This document shows positions 39,249 to 53,205 of a stretch of DNA of 64,000 nt, piece after piece. The position numbers and the translations under genes are program-made. Location of the stretch: assembly GCF_902459465.1 (NCBI RefSeq), contig NC_047071.1, positions 19,592,001 to 19,656,000 on the forward strand, written 5' to 3'. The DNA comes from Asterias rubens (taxonomy: Eukaryota). The notes beneath the pieces were generated by a model that searched no databases, was not told the origin of the DNA, and was given only the letters and a program-made list of their open reading frames with translations. Position 1 is the first letter of the stretch. Every line of letters starts with the position of its first letter.

Positions 39249-42200
39249 TCTTCATTGTTTCCTTGCCCGTTGTTTTCGCTTACGGTAATTTAAAGACAAT
39301 GCACAGGCTTACGGAACATATAAATCAACAAACTCTTGGTGATAATTCCAAAACTAATTGAATAAAAGCAATCTTGAATACACCGAAAATTATTCATAAG
39401 TTATCTCCTCCAAGTTTGCAATTTTGTGAAAAACGGGAAAAAGTCAGTTAACAAGAATTACTGACTTAATATCAGTGTTGCCCATTGTTTGTAAGGCAGC
39501 CATTTCAGAATCTAGTCACATTGTTGACTTCTTCTGCCCGATCAACCAATGCTCCCCAAAAGCAAACTGTTTCTATTAAAGAAAACCCAATCAACACCAT
39601 ACGCTATTTCGTATTCAGAAAACTCGATGTTAAAGCCACTGTGGGATTCTTTCCATTTTACCTCGGGGCAGGCACACCTTTAGTGTCACACAGGATTAAA
39701 TATCGCAAGACGAATCAACTCCTTTGCGTCGAAGGGCACATTATGACCAAGGTGGCTTACTTAACACTACACAACCAGCCCACCGTAACGCAATGCAGTC
39801 AATAAAATCACTGCCAACGGTTGACTTTCATTTCACGCTCGGGGAACCATCCACCCCTAGCCACGCCCCCTTTCCCCACACTTCTCTATCTGCAGAATTG
39901 TTTTTCTCTCTCACCCATGATAGTTTAAGATCGAATCATTCAAGGCAACTGTTTTATTTTGAGCGTTTAAAATTGGATATCTATTTCCCTCGGGGACTGG
40001 CCGGTATAAGATCAACGGCTCAAGATCAACCGCCTCCAATCTTGCTGTTTAGAGTAGCTTGCCGCCTGGACGCGATAATCCGAGAGAGTATGTACGAGAT
40101 ATGAACAGTGACGCGAGATTTCGCTCACCGATTTCGCGTACCTAGACGGTCAGACAGTTTTGCAAGGAGATTGTATCTTCATACTTACGATAGCAAAAAG
40201 TCACCACTTCAAGTAACATATTTGTTTTTAATCGAAACAGTTATTCGAAAAAGAAAAAAAACCCAAGGATTTACTAAAGATGGGGGTAAGCATCACAATA
40301 AGCACTCCTGCAAAGATCCCTGGGATGTCGGTATTGTATACCATTAAGTTCTTAGTAGTATACGATCTACTTTCATAAAGTTGTTAATAAGCCTAAAATA
40401 TGCTTAGCGCAGACCTATCACGTTTAGCAGAACTGTGTCATCAGCAAAAGTGACAACGTGATTTATATTCCTCTGTCCGTTATTTTTAACAAACTGGCAG
40501 CACACTGCTGAATTATGAGACACTACAACGTAATGAGAAAAAAACAAGTTAAACAACTTACAGATAAGGCTAGATATAAAAAATAACTACACGGAAATAC
40601 TGGGTAACAGATATTAAATCTCCTTTAATTAAATCTAACACTTTTGAACCCCCCCCCCCCACCCCCCCACCCCCAATAATGAGGCTCAATATTTTGCTAT
40701 TTTCTTAAGTGCTTGATCACACCCTATGGACGCCTCAAAAAGCGCACACGGTGTTATTTTCCTGCAAGATGTAGAGCTATATGTCTTGAGGTGAGAGACC
40801 TTTTTCTTCTTTACATATCACCGCGAATGGTTTACACAAGGTGCGTGTAACATCATAACCCCAAAGGATGTACAAAGAAAATAGATCTCGGTAAAGATCC
40901 CATAAGATGTTGAATCCATGCGACTGGTTTCTTTGTGAATTTCATTCAATTCAATTAAGTTATTGGTCGTGCCAAGGAGAAAACTTTATTGCATACATGC
41001 AATACAAAATATAATTCATAGGTGGCGGGTTGGTGGTGGTACCCCCCCCCCCTGATTTTAGACCAGTATAAACTTACTGAATAAAACATGTCATTATTTC
41101 GTAAAATAAAAGGTCTTGTAAACTTGACATCGAGCGAGTTCACCCATTACACGCTGACGGCTTGCGAATTGCTTTTTTCGCTTTCACTGCCCGGGAAAAA
41201 AACCTATTAATTATCCGACGTTGGGGTGTGGGTCTGTTGATTTGTTGAGTGTTTTACAATACCTCTGGGTTCGTACATTGATTGATACCAATGTTTATTA
41301 ATCATGACTCCATGTTGCAGCTGTGATTTCCTTCTCAGCGTCGATGGCACATTGGATGATTTTGACATAGTTCAGACCGAGAGACCGAACGAAACATGAA
41401 GTACAAGGTTGGCTCTGTCTGAAAATTTATAGAATGGGTGCTCTGTGTGATTAAATTGATGTGTGTTTTTAGGAATGTCTGTGTCTGGAGAAGTATGTGT
41501 AACATTAATGTGTTATGCACGCAATGTTAGAAGGATGGCACCACATCTCAACCTTTATTGGAGCTGTTGACAGATTTAACTTTTGAGTATAACAAATATT
41601 GCACAACTGAAATGATAATTACTGTGCATGTCGAGTGATTGATTCCAAATGGGTTTATTAAAAGTTTATTTGCAAACAGTTCTTTCAAGCGTGTAATTAT
41701 ATTTCAAATTATGATTTTGAAACAGCTTCACCTGAACAGTTTCACGCCATGTGTTGTTCTTTTTAACTGATTGGTTATCTTAGTCTTCGGTGCTTACATG
41801 CGCATCATTTTTTGTTTCATTATTTATTCATATGGAAACAGCTTCCCTTGAAATGTTCTCGACATGTGTTGTTCTTGTTAACCATACATCAGAAAGTACA
41901 ACATTAATTGCAATTGGTTTTGCTAATTGCCTTATAGCTAGATAAATTAGGAAGATTAGGAAAACATCCCGGAAACGTTTACATTGCTTTAACACATTGA
42001 AACAAGACAGCATTTGTGCTTGTAAATTTAAAACGCATTTAACATCACTCTGGCATTCCATTTTTGTGTATTCATGGTGTGGCTTCGGTATTAAAGGATG
42101 TTGGACTTGAATAGCTAATCTGTGAACATCGATCCCCTCGAATCGTCCTTAGGATATGGAGGGAAAGGGTGTGAATAATTTAGATCTCGTTATGTTCAAT

Positions 42201-43619
42201 GCCTTTATGAATATTGCCCTGCAGACATTTTACTTGATTCCAATATATCTCGATAGTTTGTCAACCTTAACTTCCTTCAGTCGGAAACGGTTCACATAGT
42301 TTGATTGCTTCAATTCAGACGGTGAAGTGAAGTTTGCTTCGGATTTAATCAAGCATTATGGAACGAGGTTGTGAACATCTATGTTACATTCACTCAACAA
42401 CTGAGAATTAAAGAACTATAGGTGACATCGAAATGTGCTAGCGTAATTGTATCCCATCATTAGAAGAAACACCCCCATGATCCCATTAAGCCACGCCCCT
42501 GACTGTGCTTATTCTAGCACTAGATTGTGTGCGTGTTTGTTCTTTACAGTCATTATGAGGTAACGCACGTAGGCCAACTTCAGTTCATAATAAATGTTTG
42601 TGAAGAACGCAGTTTAGCACGTTCGAAGTAAAACACTGACAAACTTTGTTTTTTGTTGTTGAGGTTCTTATTTCGAATTATAAGAACCAGTGATTTTTAG
42701 AATGTTACTCGAATTACACTTTTCCGACTTTGACATAATGTTTCAGATATAAACCTTTCCCTGGTTTTTAGCCTTTGAGAAAAACTACGCTAAGTCGAAA
42801 CGTGGCGCCTTTTACATTTTTGGCAAGCATTTATATTGAAGCAAACAAGCAAGATTTTTGAAAAGAAGTTACAAATCATTATTCCTTCCAACTGCTATGA
42901 CTCCCTTCATTGACATCGCTTCCTGTTGCCAACAATATTTACATTTTCTAATCTTAGAGTTCTAGGCATGACTGATGAGTATTTGCAGACATAACTCATA
43001 TTATCACGGTCACTTCTCACTAAATACCTAAAGCTCTTCGTCCCTAGTGGGGGACAAAGGGTCATCAGTAAGCCATAACGTATGAATAGTATTTAAATAA
43101 TGTTTTAAAAGCTCTATCATAATTTCATTCAGTATTTAAACTTTGGTTAAGCCGGATTTCATCTTGAGAAATGGCTGTAATCAGCTTTCTTTCATTTTGT
43201 TGGTGTGCTAAATATAAGTCGTGTAGGCGTTGATTTATTCCATGCAGGCGTTGTTGTCTCCTAGCACCGTTTTTGCCAATATATATTTAAAAACATGTAT
43301 TGATGTTGGCTTTAATACCAATAAGATGTTTGGAGACTGCAAGATTTGACGCTTGAAACTTCCTGTAAAATTTGTGTACGCAGCTTTCCAGAATGTTTGC
43401 TGCAATCTTCTTTTTGTATTTGACATGTAAATTTTGCCCTGGATGAAATGTCGTTGAGCCGTTATGAAACCAAGCTACCATGAAAAGTGCATTGCATGCA
43501 CTGTAATAACAGTATATAGGCCAGAATATGTCTAGGGAATACGTACTCGACGAAGAAGTGTTCAGTTTTAGATGCGGGAGAAGAAACAAAAAAACGACTT
43601 TGGAAAGACGAGGAATCAA

Positions 43620-43745
43620 GCTTGTACGGCAATCCACTTGCAAGGCTTTGGACTGCGAAGGTGGGATTCGAACTGGTGCCCAGCATTGGTAAAAGGCAAG
43701 GAAAGAAACGACGTACTGCCCGCTGCAGCACACCACGCGACAATA
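43620..43745 (-). mobile_element. Probable tRNA-derived SINE head (third type)
   Basis: Minus strand: ttgccttttaccaatgctgggcaccagttcgaatcccacc, with B box GTTCGAATCCC at 43663-43673. The A box is weak. Confidence 0.45.
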
Positions 43746-46739
43746 TTACGTAATAATAGTAGAAACCAAATAAATGGAAATATAAAAACCATAATTAAAA
43801 ACGTAAATTTTTTTAGTCGTAATATTAATAATTATATGTGCTTTCAACACATAAGGCCAACACTCTCGTTACTTTTTGTCCGATCACATTTGGAAAAATT
43901 AATCACAAAACCATGTTACTCGTACCAAGGGACTCATTGCATTTGAAGTCACAAACTCAAACAGCGCCCCCACTGAGGGCAAAGGAAGACCTAACATGTA
44001 GACTGATCACTAGTCTGGAAATCCGACGTCACATTCGACGCTCGATATTTACACCATGAAGTGCCGTTGAGCCCACCTTAATAATCCCATTTGACCTTCA
44101 TGGCATCATTTTACGTGGCTCTGGAGATTTGCAGTTAAATTCGACGTGGATAAACCGGTACCTGTCCTTATCCTTGCAGATTTCAAGAAAATAAACGCGC
44201 AAATCCTCGAAGTATGACGTCAGATGCTCATGCTCTATCATTGGCCAGAGTCGATTTCGATGGCTTGCTTATGCACACCAAATAGAGGGGAAAACAACCA
44301 ATAACAGCAAACCGGCAAGATTGCCACAAGATCCCCTCCAAGATACTTTAATCTTTCTGAGAACGTATCAGACATAAGGGTTTCTGTAGATGAAGCTTCA
44401 AGTGATGAAACCTTCGTAGTAAGTGGAGTCAGTCACTGGATATCGCTTTGGTCTTCAGAGATTGCCGTGTGTGTATACTACTCAACTACACTCAAGATTG
44501 TAACATAATGCTGAGTGGTTCAGCTGAAGTATTCCTCCACAATCAGCGATAAGTAGTCCACATTTAGCTCATTTTCCTTTGAAGATCTGATGAGGAAAGT
44601 TTCAATTAATGTGTGTTTGAATGTTTTGTTAGCTTTTGCTTTAATAAAACATAGGTGTACTATAATGCAATGTTGTGTTTCTTGGACTGAAAGCAAAAAC
44701 GTTGTCAATTAATGAATGGAAAGTTATAGTTCATGTAAGTCAAGTTAAACATTAAGAAAACCCCTAAAATGCAACACATTTTTCAAAGCATAGACACAGT
44801 GTGTTGATATAATATTTCATTTAGTGGACATAGAGGGAAAGTATTTTGAGGAGTGTGCCTGTATTTCAATTCTGCATTGGCCCTATAGCCAAATATCTAT
44901 CCCATGATATTCTGTGACAAATTCCACGATTGTATCATTAAAAGCACAATTCCATTAACTACCTCTTGTAGTGGTTAAACTCCATAAACTAAACTTTGGA
45001 ATAATACGGGAAAAGTACAATGACACATAAAGGAGTGGGGTTTTAGGTTGCTGTTTCTTCGGGCATACCAAGACTAGCATTCTACAGTGTTCTGTCGGGG
45101 AGTGGTGTTAGCTGTGGTGTTAGATTTACTGGCAGTGGTTTGTAGAATTAGCCAATCAGTTACATAGTAATAAACATGCATATTATTTTCACGTGTACTA
45201 CACTACTGTCACTCACTCTCTTGTGAACTTTTGTTGTTGAACTTCCTTTAACTCAGGCAAAGCTTTCTGGCTAGTAATGTTTCTAACCATCGCGATAATC
45301 AGTCAGTGACGTTCATGTGGAACATCCACACAAGTGGGATTGATTAAGTGAATTGATATGCGATTGCTACAGCCATCACAAAGCCTGAAAGCTCCGCACA
45401 CGACAACTCTAGAACTAACGGTTCAGGAAAGGCTAAGATGATGAACCACGTCTTCTCGTCCCCTACTCGGTTACGCCTGACAACATCTCGGATGATATAC
45501 AACAAGACAAAACAAAATGATCAAGACAGGACTCATCTGTAGTCCGGAGTCTCCCGTGGGATTAGGGAGCTTTTCAGTTAACAATTCAACACACCAACTA
45601 GAGGAGGAGGATTGGGGGGGGGGGGGGGGTAGCTGAAGAGACTGCGCGGAAGACGGTACTCACAACCCCTGCCCTGCGCTCGATGACCGGGGTGCTTACC
45701 GGAGATATGGGCCGTGCCCAGGTCGAACTCTGATCCAAATGTTAAGTGCCCTCTCCCGTCCTAAGGATAGGAGGAGAACCCCTCGTAGATCGTGGCCTGA
45801 AGCTGGTTGCTCAGGTAATCAGTATGATATTCATCAAAAGTATTGTACGATAAGATATCACGATAGGTGTGTGATTGTGCTGCCAACATCTTGGTCATGT
45901 CCCTTGTAGCCATTACCAACAATGAATAATGATATTCACTAACAAAACGGAACCAGACTATTTCTCCTTCCAGCCTCGTTATTGGTTATATTGATCTGAA
46001 TGGGAGAAAAATCAAGATGGCCGCACAATGATAATTTTTATAACAAGCAATGGTAGCCCTTTTTTATAGTTACTTAATGTGCTTGCTTTTCTCAGCCTGT
46101 AAAACATGGTCGCCCTAAGTAACCGAATTGGCGTCGACTGGTTGTGTGCCAAATTCCATGCTTGCATCACCAAATGCACAATAATTCTCCCAAGTAGTTC
46201 CCCAATTTCCCCAATTTGAACGATCAAGGTGAGGTATATTCACACATTTTAAATTTAATCCACGTCTACACGTGAACCTCTCTATGAAACAATATTAAGC
46301 ATTATTCATACAGGTGTATAAACAACTCATGTCGTTAATCTGTTGACATCACTTCCCGAGAAAAAAAACATCTTTGTAGATTTGCATTATCCACAAACAA
46401 CAGAACTGTCCAATTATTCATCCGAAGTCTCCATAAAAAAGATTTCCTTCGCGTTGACGTCAGAACGGCATAATAATAATTGACAGAATTATTTAAAGAA
46501 GTCGGTCTGTCACAACATCGTGCGTTTAGCCCAAACCAACAAACTGTTTAATAAACTAGCCCATAAATTAACACGTATAAAACCCGAGTGTGGAAAGACG
46601 CACTTTAGTTTTAAAATTCAAATGACTTTACCCGTAGTCGTCTTGAACAGTTAATTTAGTGACAAAACACGAAACTAGGCAAAATCTTTGTTTTCTAAGA
46701 AACTAATTTCCTAGTGAACAGGAACACGTACAAATTTGG

Positions 46740-47075
46740 GATTGATTGAATACGTTAGCTGTGTTTATTGCTCTTTGTATGTCTGCCTGCCTCTTAAGTA
46801 GTGTTTGTTTTTTCATCTCGTTTTTCCCCAATGCTGAAGTAGCTGTTCCTTTTGTAACTGTTGCTGCTACTGCCTTATTTGTTTTTGTCACTGTCGCTGT
46901 CAAAGCTGTTGCCGATGTCACTGTCGATGTCGTTAACGTTCTTCTGATGATGCAGTCTTGTTTTACCTCTGCCGCTGTCGTTGACATTGTTGTCGTTGTC
47001 ACTGTCGTCGTTGACGTTGATGTCGTTGTTGTGGTTATCGCTGCCGTTGTTCATGTTGTTGTCGGTGTGTTACGG
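46740..47075. repeat. Low-complexity GT(C/T)-rich degenerate simple repeat
   Basis: gttgtcgttgtcactgtcgtcgttgacgttgatgtc... This accounts for the Val-rich and Thr-rich ORFs on both strands. Confidence 0.7.
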
Positions 47076-47671
47076 ATTACATTAGTTGATTGCAATCTGA
47101 CGTGGCGTAGCAGTGTTTCTTTACTAGCGCGTTCAGCTCATATGTTTACCTCTTTTGTATGTTCTTATTGTTGTATTGTTGTTTATTCTTATTATGTTGT
47201 ATACTCTTTATTGTTGTCTACATCTGCTAAGACTCAGTGTAATTTCATGCCTTGAATAAATTGTGTATAATACTATGAATGTTATCTAGGGCTGTTAATA
47301 TAAATAAGTGAAACTGGAGGAACCTGACAAGGCAACCTGATCTATACTTCAGATTTAACTTGCTTATAAACGGTGCAATCACAGTTCGAATTACGGAAAT
47401 AGAATTGGCGAGGCGCTGGGATGTTAGCATGAACTCTGAATTCACCATATGCGAAATTTAACATGACAAATCTCAGCTCTGGTCCTCTGTCAACAAAGCC
47501 ATTGGCCAAACTTCAAATACTGGCGACAAATCATACACGGATTATCCATAACAGATTGGATCTTATACCTCTAGGCTTCGCGGCTGTTTTCGACATTACA
47601 CTTTTAATGTGCGTACACTTCTGTGGGGTATCTCCTTCATTAAAGTGGAGAGGTGAAAGCATGAATACCAC

Positions 47672-48090
47672 ATACCGGCATGATTGTTTATCATGTTTAC
47701 AGAGCGGTAGAATTTCTGTTTTAAAATTGTGTTTGATAGCATTATGGAAACATCGCTTGGGTTTTGGTTTTGGGGTTGTTGTTTTTAATTTTTGTAAAAA
47801 TATTAATCTAGTACTATTCTGGATTCCATCCGTCCGTTTGGGTAGGTGCAGTAAACGATTTCCGTTCATTCTGAACACTGACGATACACCAACATTTAAC
47901 ATACCGGCATGATTGTTTATGGTGTTTTACTAGAGCGGGAAGATTTGTGTGTTTAAGATGTTTTATTGAAACATCTCGTGGTTTTGGGATTGGGGTTGTT
48001 GTATTTTGATAATCTGTAATTTGTGAATCGGGTCTTACATTTAGTATAGGTTCCATCCTTCGTTTTGGTGGCACTGCAGTAATCGGTTTT
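47672..48090. repeat. Old diverged tandem duplication, 229-bp period
   Basis: ataccggcatgattgtttat at 47672 and 47901, then shared gaaacatc, ttggggttgttgt, ttccatcc and tgcagtaa blocks. Confidence 0.75.
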
Positions 48091-49622
48091 TCATGAGTAG
48101 GCCTATATTCAGTCTAAATACTGAAAATACACCAATTAATTACAATCATTTTATAGGGGCCCACATTTTCAGAAAACGACCGTTAATGATTTTGCTCTTA
48201 GTGTGCGGATTGAGTTCGGCTTTTATGTGCTTATTACTTTTATTTGTAAATTTAATAAAAAATAGAAGGACAGTGGCACTACCCCTGTAGTTTCAAATCA
48301 GTATTTTGTTCGTTTCTTCGTTCGATCCTGACCGGAGGGCCTACCTTTAAGGACTAATGCACGGCGATTTTTTTTTTTTTTATAATAAATATGCGAAGAA
48401 ATTCTTCCCTCTCTGCAAACGGAAACCTGATAACGTCGAGTTTTTTCTGATATTACGTGATGGGTGTTTTTTTTAGATAAATCTTCATGGGTCCTAGTAA
48501 TGTGCCTTCATGAATATTTCAATTGAGCATGTAAAAACAATGTCAAGCAGATTTGAAGCTTTTGTTGAGGCATTTTTACGATTTTTTATGGTTTATTGAA
48601 AACGTCCAATCTGGTTGCCTTGGCAAACATTTACACCGAAAAAAAAATGCATCAACACCTTTATATAGCATTGAGAAATAAGAAATAAATAAAAAATACA
48701 CTCACAATTGAGTGGATTTACAAAATAGAAGCACAAAGTGATTTCTGCTAAAAGTCGTGCTAATTAAACAGATTACCAGCTAACTTCATGTACCTTGGCA
48801 TGTGACTGGTAAACTGCTGATTGATGCTTAGCTGAGAATTCTTTTAGCAACGGTTTGTGATTAGAAGTTATTGGAACCAAAATAATTGGACCCTGCCACG
48901 TTCATGGTCTAGGAAATAAGTCCCTCCATTGTTGCAACAAATCCATGGCAGTCAGCCTTACACTATTCACACGCAATAAGTAATTCCTCTGGACAATAAT
49001 TATCTAGACTGAGAGCTCCGCATGTCTGAGACTCAGGATCTTATTTCATGACGTAGTTGAAAACGCAATATCTTGCTTTTTAAAAAGAAATTAAGCACGC
49101 GGTGAACCTTTTACAAAACAGAAATGGGTCCATCCACAGCGAGCCGATACACTAGTCGTATACAATTGCTCGTGACAGTTTCACTCACTACTGCTTTCAG
49201 CTTGGAAAATGTACATTATATTGATTCGGTAACATTTTCTGGTTTAGTCTTGAGGCGGTTTGTGGTATCCCTACAAGAACAGTCTTTTTACAGATGTATT
49301 TGATGTCAGTCATTCCCATTAGCCACTGTCCGATAAAATGATTGATGCTCAACTAAAAACAACATGCTTTGCAACACTTAGACCTTTGAGCATTTTAGGA
49401 TCTCTTGAAATCTGTCGTATCATGTTGAAGATATCTCTTTCAAATTGAAGACTTGTTTCGAAGCTGAATCATTTTTTAGGCCCTTGCTGAAAGGAACAAT
49501 CTTTTCGAGACCCGAGGATTTGGTTGAGCCGTGGTCGAGTTACATGTTCTTTTTGTTTGTAATGATCTCTTCTTTTTTCTTTTCTTTTCTCCCCTTTTTT
49601 CTGGGGGGGGGGCGGGGTGAAG

Positions 49623-49693
49623 GCTGTTGAAAGAGCCTAGTGTTGGTTTTATTCTCAACGTTTCGAGAAGTGTGATCTGGTCTTCGTCTGGAG
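49623..49693 (-). ncRNA. Degenerate minimal type-I hammerhead motif related to the 60271 copy
   Basis: Minus strand: ctc-CAGACGA-a-gaccag-atcaca-cttctc-GAAAC-GTT-gag...ggctctttcaacagcc. U4 is mutated and stem II has two mismatches. Confidence 0.4.
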
Positions 49694-50019
49694 GTAGTCT
49701 CATTCAGTGACAGCAAGAACATTCGTTGACATTGTCTCGTAATAAATCTTAATGCAACTGGTATCTCATCCTGCAGCGATTTGAACAAATAACCATGTCT
49801 CAAAACATGATAGCATGTAATGCTGTAAATAAATATGTTTTCTTGAGTTAATTATAGCTAGAAGTTAGTCTTGCGAGATGTACGTGTATACATGGCATCC
49901 TCAAGATGCTTGGAAGTTATTGTTCCTGGCCGCACAAAATATCAATAATTACTGGAACGTTCTCAGGGATTAATTGAGCACAATTCATAATACAAAGCTC
50001 TTTAGGTTTACCAGTTGCA

Positions 50020-50160
50020 CTCCTTGGTGAAGAGAAGCAAGTTATGGCTATTGGCCCTATTTGCTCAACTGCACAGGTGCAATAATTGACCATTCTGAGA
50101 TTCGAACCCACATTATGACGACTCGACCGCATGAACTTGAGCTCCAGTGTGCCATTCCAT
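50020..50160 (-). mobile_element. tRNA-derived SINE fragment (same family as 33136)
   Basis: gattcgaacccaca...gaacttgagc and ggtgaagagaagcaagttatgg match the other copies. Confidence 0.65.
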
Positions 50161-50345
50161 TTGTGAAAACAAGTCAGTGAGTACCCAGGCAACTATATGT
50201 TAAACAAATAACCGTTATTAAAATTAGGATTTCAATTTGAGTCTAATTGCATTGACGTTTTCCAATCTAGAGGTATTGTTTAATATTTATTATTTCTTGT
50301 TAAACCCTTTTCATTAACTGGCACAACGGTCTGCAAATATTCAAT

Positions 50346-50686
50346 ATTTTCACGGGTCGGTTACGTTTTATCTGAAGTTTGTTTGATTAGCTGACCCTTC
50401 GATCACCATTAAAGAAAGACCGTTTTTAAAATGCCATGAAAAGGCTACCTTCGAATTGGAAAAGGTGGCCTTTTCTGTGCACGGACATTCATTCCAATAG
50501 AGGTAACGCAAAACGAATGCTTTAAATAAAAGTTAGAGCATTATAATAAATCACCATTATTACAAATTTAGATAATTGAACTGTTGACGTCATGACCAAT
50601 ATGCAGGGGGAAATGGGTTATCAGTTATCACTTTTGTATGTTATGTCCCTAATTGCACAATGCGGTTGTTTTTTCCTCAAAATAAA
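50346..50686. repeat. ~340-bp direct repeat, copy 1
   Basis: attttcacgggtcgg...ttcctcaaaataaa recurs at 52868-53205 (offset 2522). Confidence 0.9.
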
Positions 50687-52867
50687 AGTCTCAAAACATG
50701 ATAGCATGAACTGTAACAAATATTTTGATGCCCAACTATTCGGTTTGGTTATATACTTATTTCGGACCATGACGTTGTAGTAACCAAGTTATCGTCATTT
50801 TGCGTCAAGTGAAGTAAGGCAGAATCCGAATTTGTGGCTACAGCTTTACGACTGGTTAAAGGGTGTTGTTATGGACGGACACGGCGTCTGAACTCTAGAG
50901 TTAGTTACACCGTAATTCTTCACTATACGTTCAAACAAAAACTTGTACTGACTTGCTTTAATTCATTTACATTTTTTTCTAGTCTCAGTTTTGTCAACAT
51001 GCAGCTTTCAAATAAAGATTAAAAATCCATCCAACTGAATAATTGTCGGTGCATCACGACCAATGTCTGCAATTCTTGGAACCGCGCATGTAATGTTACT
51101 CATGTAGCCCTAGTCTGTGTATTTAGGTCTGATTGTATAAAGAGGCGGGGATAAGATCTCCTTTATGGACTTTGTGCACCTTTTCCATCCTTTGTCATCG
51201 ACACCAGACTTGTTCCCTTTGCGTCACTAATGGATGTATCGCAGAAGTGTATTTTCCTCGCCTAGTATCACTTTTCAGAATTTCGCCTGATTATTCTCCC
51301 TGCATTAGATTAAGTCATCGGTACAAACCAGATTCTGAGATGGCGCCGTTTTAGCGGTCCAAAATGAAATTGTACGTAACGCCTCTTTTTTTTATCAAGC
51401 TTCTGAGTTTAATTTTAACTGAAGAGTGTTCTTCATGATTTATCTGAATGCTAGCATCCATGTTGAACCCAAAAGTGATTTGCACACCACGTGCAACTCT
51501 ACACCTGTGGTGTGTGTGTGCGATGAAAAGTTCAAAAGATCATGCAAGTTGTTGACAGCTATCTTATAAAAGGGGTTGAATAGCAGAACATGATTGCACA
51601 ATGTATGATGTTGACGTAACTTGAAACATTGTTCAGATATTCTACGATGTCCACAAATTTTCTTATAATACACAAAGACGGTTGACACCTTTGCAGCAGT
51701 GGGACTACATAGGGACGGAGTGAGGACTGTTTTGTAATCCGAGACGTGGTATCGATTTGCTCGCTAGTAAATGAACACGTCCGAACTCTAACTGACCCAA
51801 ACACACCCGCCTGTCTGAAAGCAACACTTGTGTAACATCTGAAACGGTAGTTTCGTAACCAACTTTTTGTCTATCTTCGATGTAGTATGCAACCCTGTGT
51901 CCACGGCCTGTTTTCACTTAGGTATTATCCAGAATTTGTTAGGATAACAAACTTCATTGTCCACTCTGAAACCATTTTTTATGTAAAACATTTCCATCTG
52001 AAATAAATATGTATTCGAGACAACTGTGCCTAAGAGCCTATAACAACGCAAAAGGAGATTGCTCCTATGTTTTTATTAATTGAAACTGAATGGATTCAGA
52101 TGATACGGTAGCCTTTTATGTTGTTATCATGACTTTCATGTATGAGCGATGGCACTGAGCCGCCTGCTTCCTAACTCCTTGGGGCACTTCGAGAGTCTTT
52201 ATAGGGGCGTTGGAGGAAACGGATGTTGCGAAAGTAACACTCAAATGTAAATCAGGTCTTGAAGTATGAGCCGTTGCGAATGTTTCGTGAAGAATTTCAT
52301 CACTTTGATTCCTACAACCCCTTTGCAACCGTTGAGGTGACTGTCATCAGTAACTTCAACAACATTGTTTAACTCCGACCCCTCCTTTTCAGTTAGAACC
52401 CGGGTCAATCACAGTGCACAGAAACAGGTCCCTTAAACAAAACAAAATCGAGAGATATTTGCTTGCAACCGCTGAAAAATTCGTCCCAATGGGACAGAGT
52501 TTTGAGTCTTTGTCCGTTAAGTTCTCGTGCATATTTTGTTTTTTACTTTTTGCAAGAATGGTGAACTTAGAGTAAAATAAGATCGTAAACTTCTGATACG
52601 ATAAGTGAATGAACCAAGAGGGAGATTAGGAGAGGGAAACAAACATTGCCAAAGATCCCAACTGAATTCTGAGATCTATCTGTGAGTGTTTTTAAGGAAC
52701 GTCTTTAAGTCATAAAATACTTATTCAAAACAAATACAGGCATATTTTGGATAATACCGATTACACTTAGTGTTATCTCTTATTTTCCCATTTTCTGTAC
52801 TTTTTATTAAAAAAAAAGAAATATTAAAAAAATTGAATTAAAATAGGGTCCACTATCAAAAGGTTAA

Positions 52868-53205
52868 ATTTTCACGGGTCGGTCACGTTTTATCTGAAGT
52901 TTGTTTGATTAGCTGACCCTTTAATCACCCTTAAAGAAAGACCGTTTTTAAAATGCCATGAAAAGGCTACCTTCGAATTGGAAAAGTTGGCCTTTTCTGT
53001 GCACGGCCATTCATTCCAACAGGGGTGATGCAAAACGAATGCTTTAAATAAAAGTTACAGCATTATAATGAAACACCATTATTACAAATTTAGATAATTG
53101 GACTGTTGACGTCTTTACCAATATGCAGGGGGAAATGGGTAATCAGTTATCGCTTTTTGTATATTATGTAATTGCACAATGCGGTTGTTTTTTCCTCAAA
53201 ATAAA
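52868..53205. repeat. ~340-bp direct repeat, copy 2
   Basis: Matches 50346-50686 with scattered substitutions and small indels. Confidence 0.9.

Noticed and set aside
43026-43074. Minus-strand CTGATGA...GTCCC/GGGAC-GAAG hammerhead-like motif
   Set aside because: It needs a 6-nt insertion after the first box and has GAAG instead of GAAA, which is too many defects.
43235-44059. Cluster of overlapping 60-150 aa ORFs
   Set aside because: They are in mutually incompatible frames, overlap a SINE head, and show no domain similarity I recognise.
46703-47255. 169-aa Val-rich membrane-like ORF and 99-aa Thr-rich antisense ORF
   Set aside because: They are produced by a GT(C/T) low-complexity tract and show no domain signature.
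50346-53205. LTR retrotransposon or TRIM
   Set aside because: No TG...CA termini, primer-binding site, polypurine tract or TSD is visible, and there are no gag/pol remnants.
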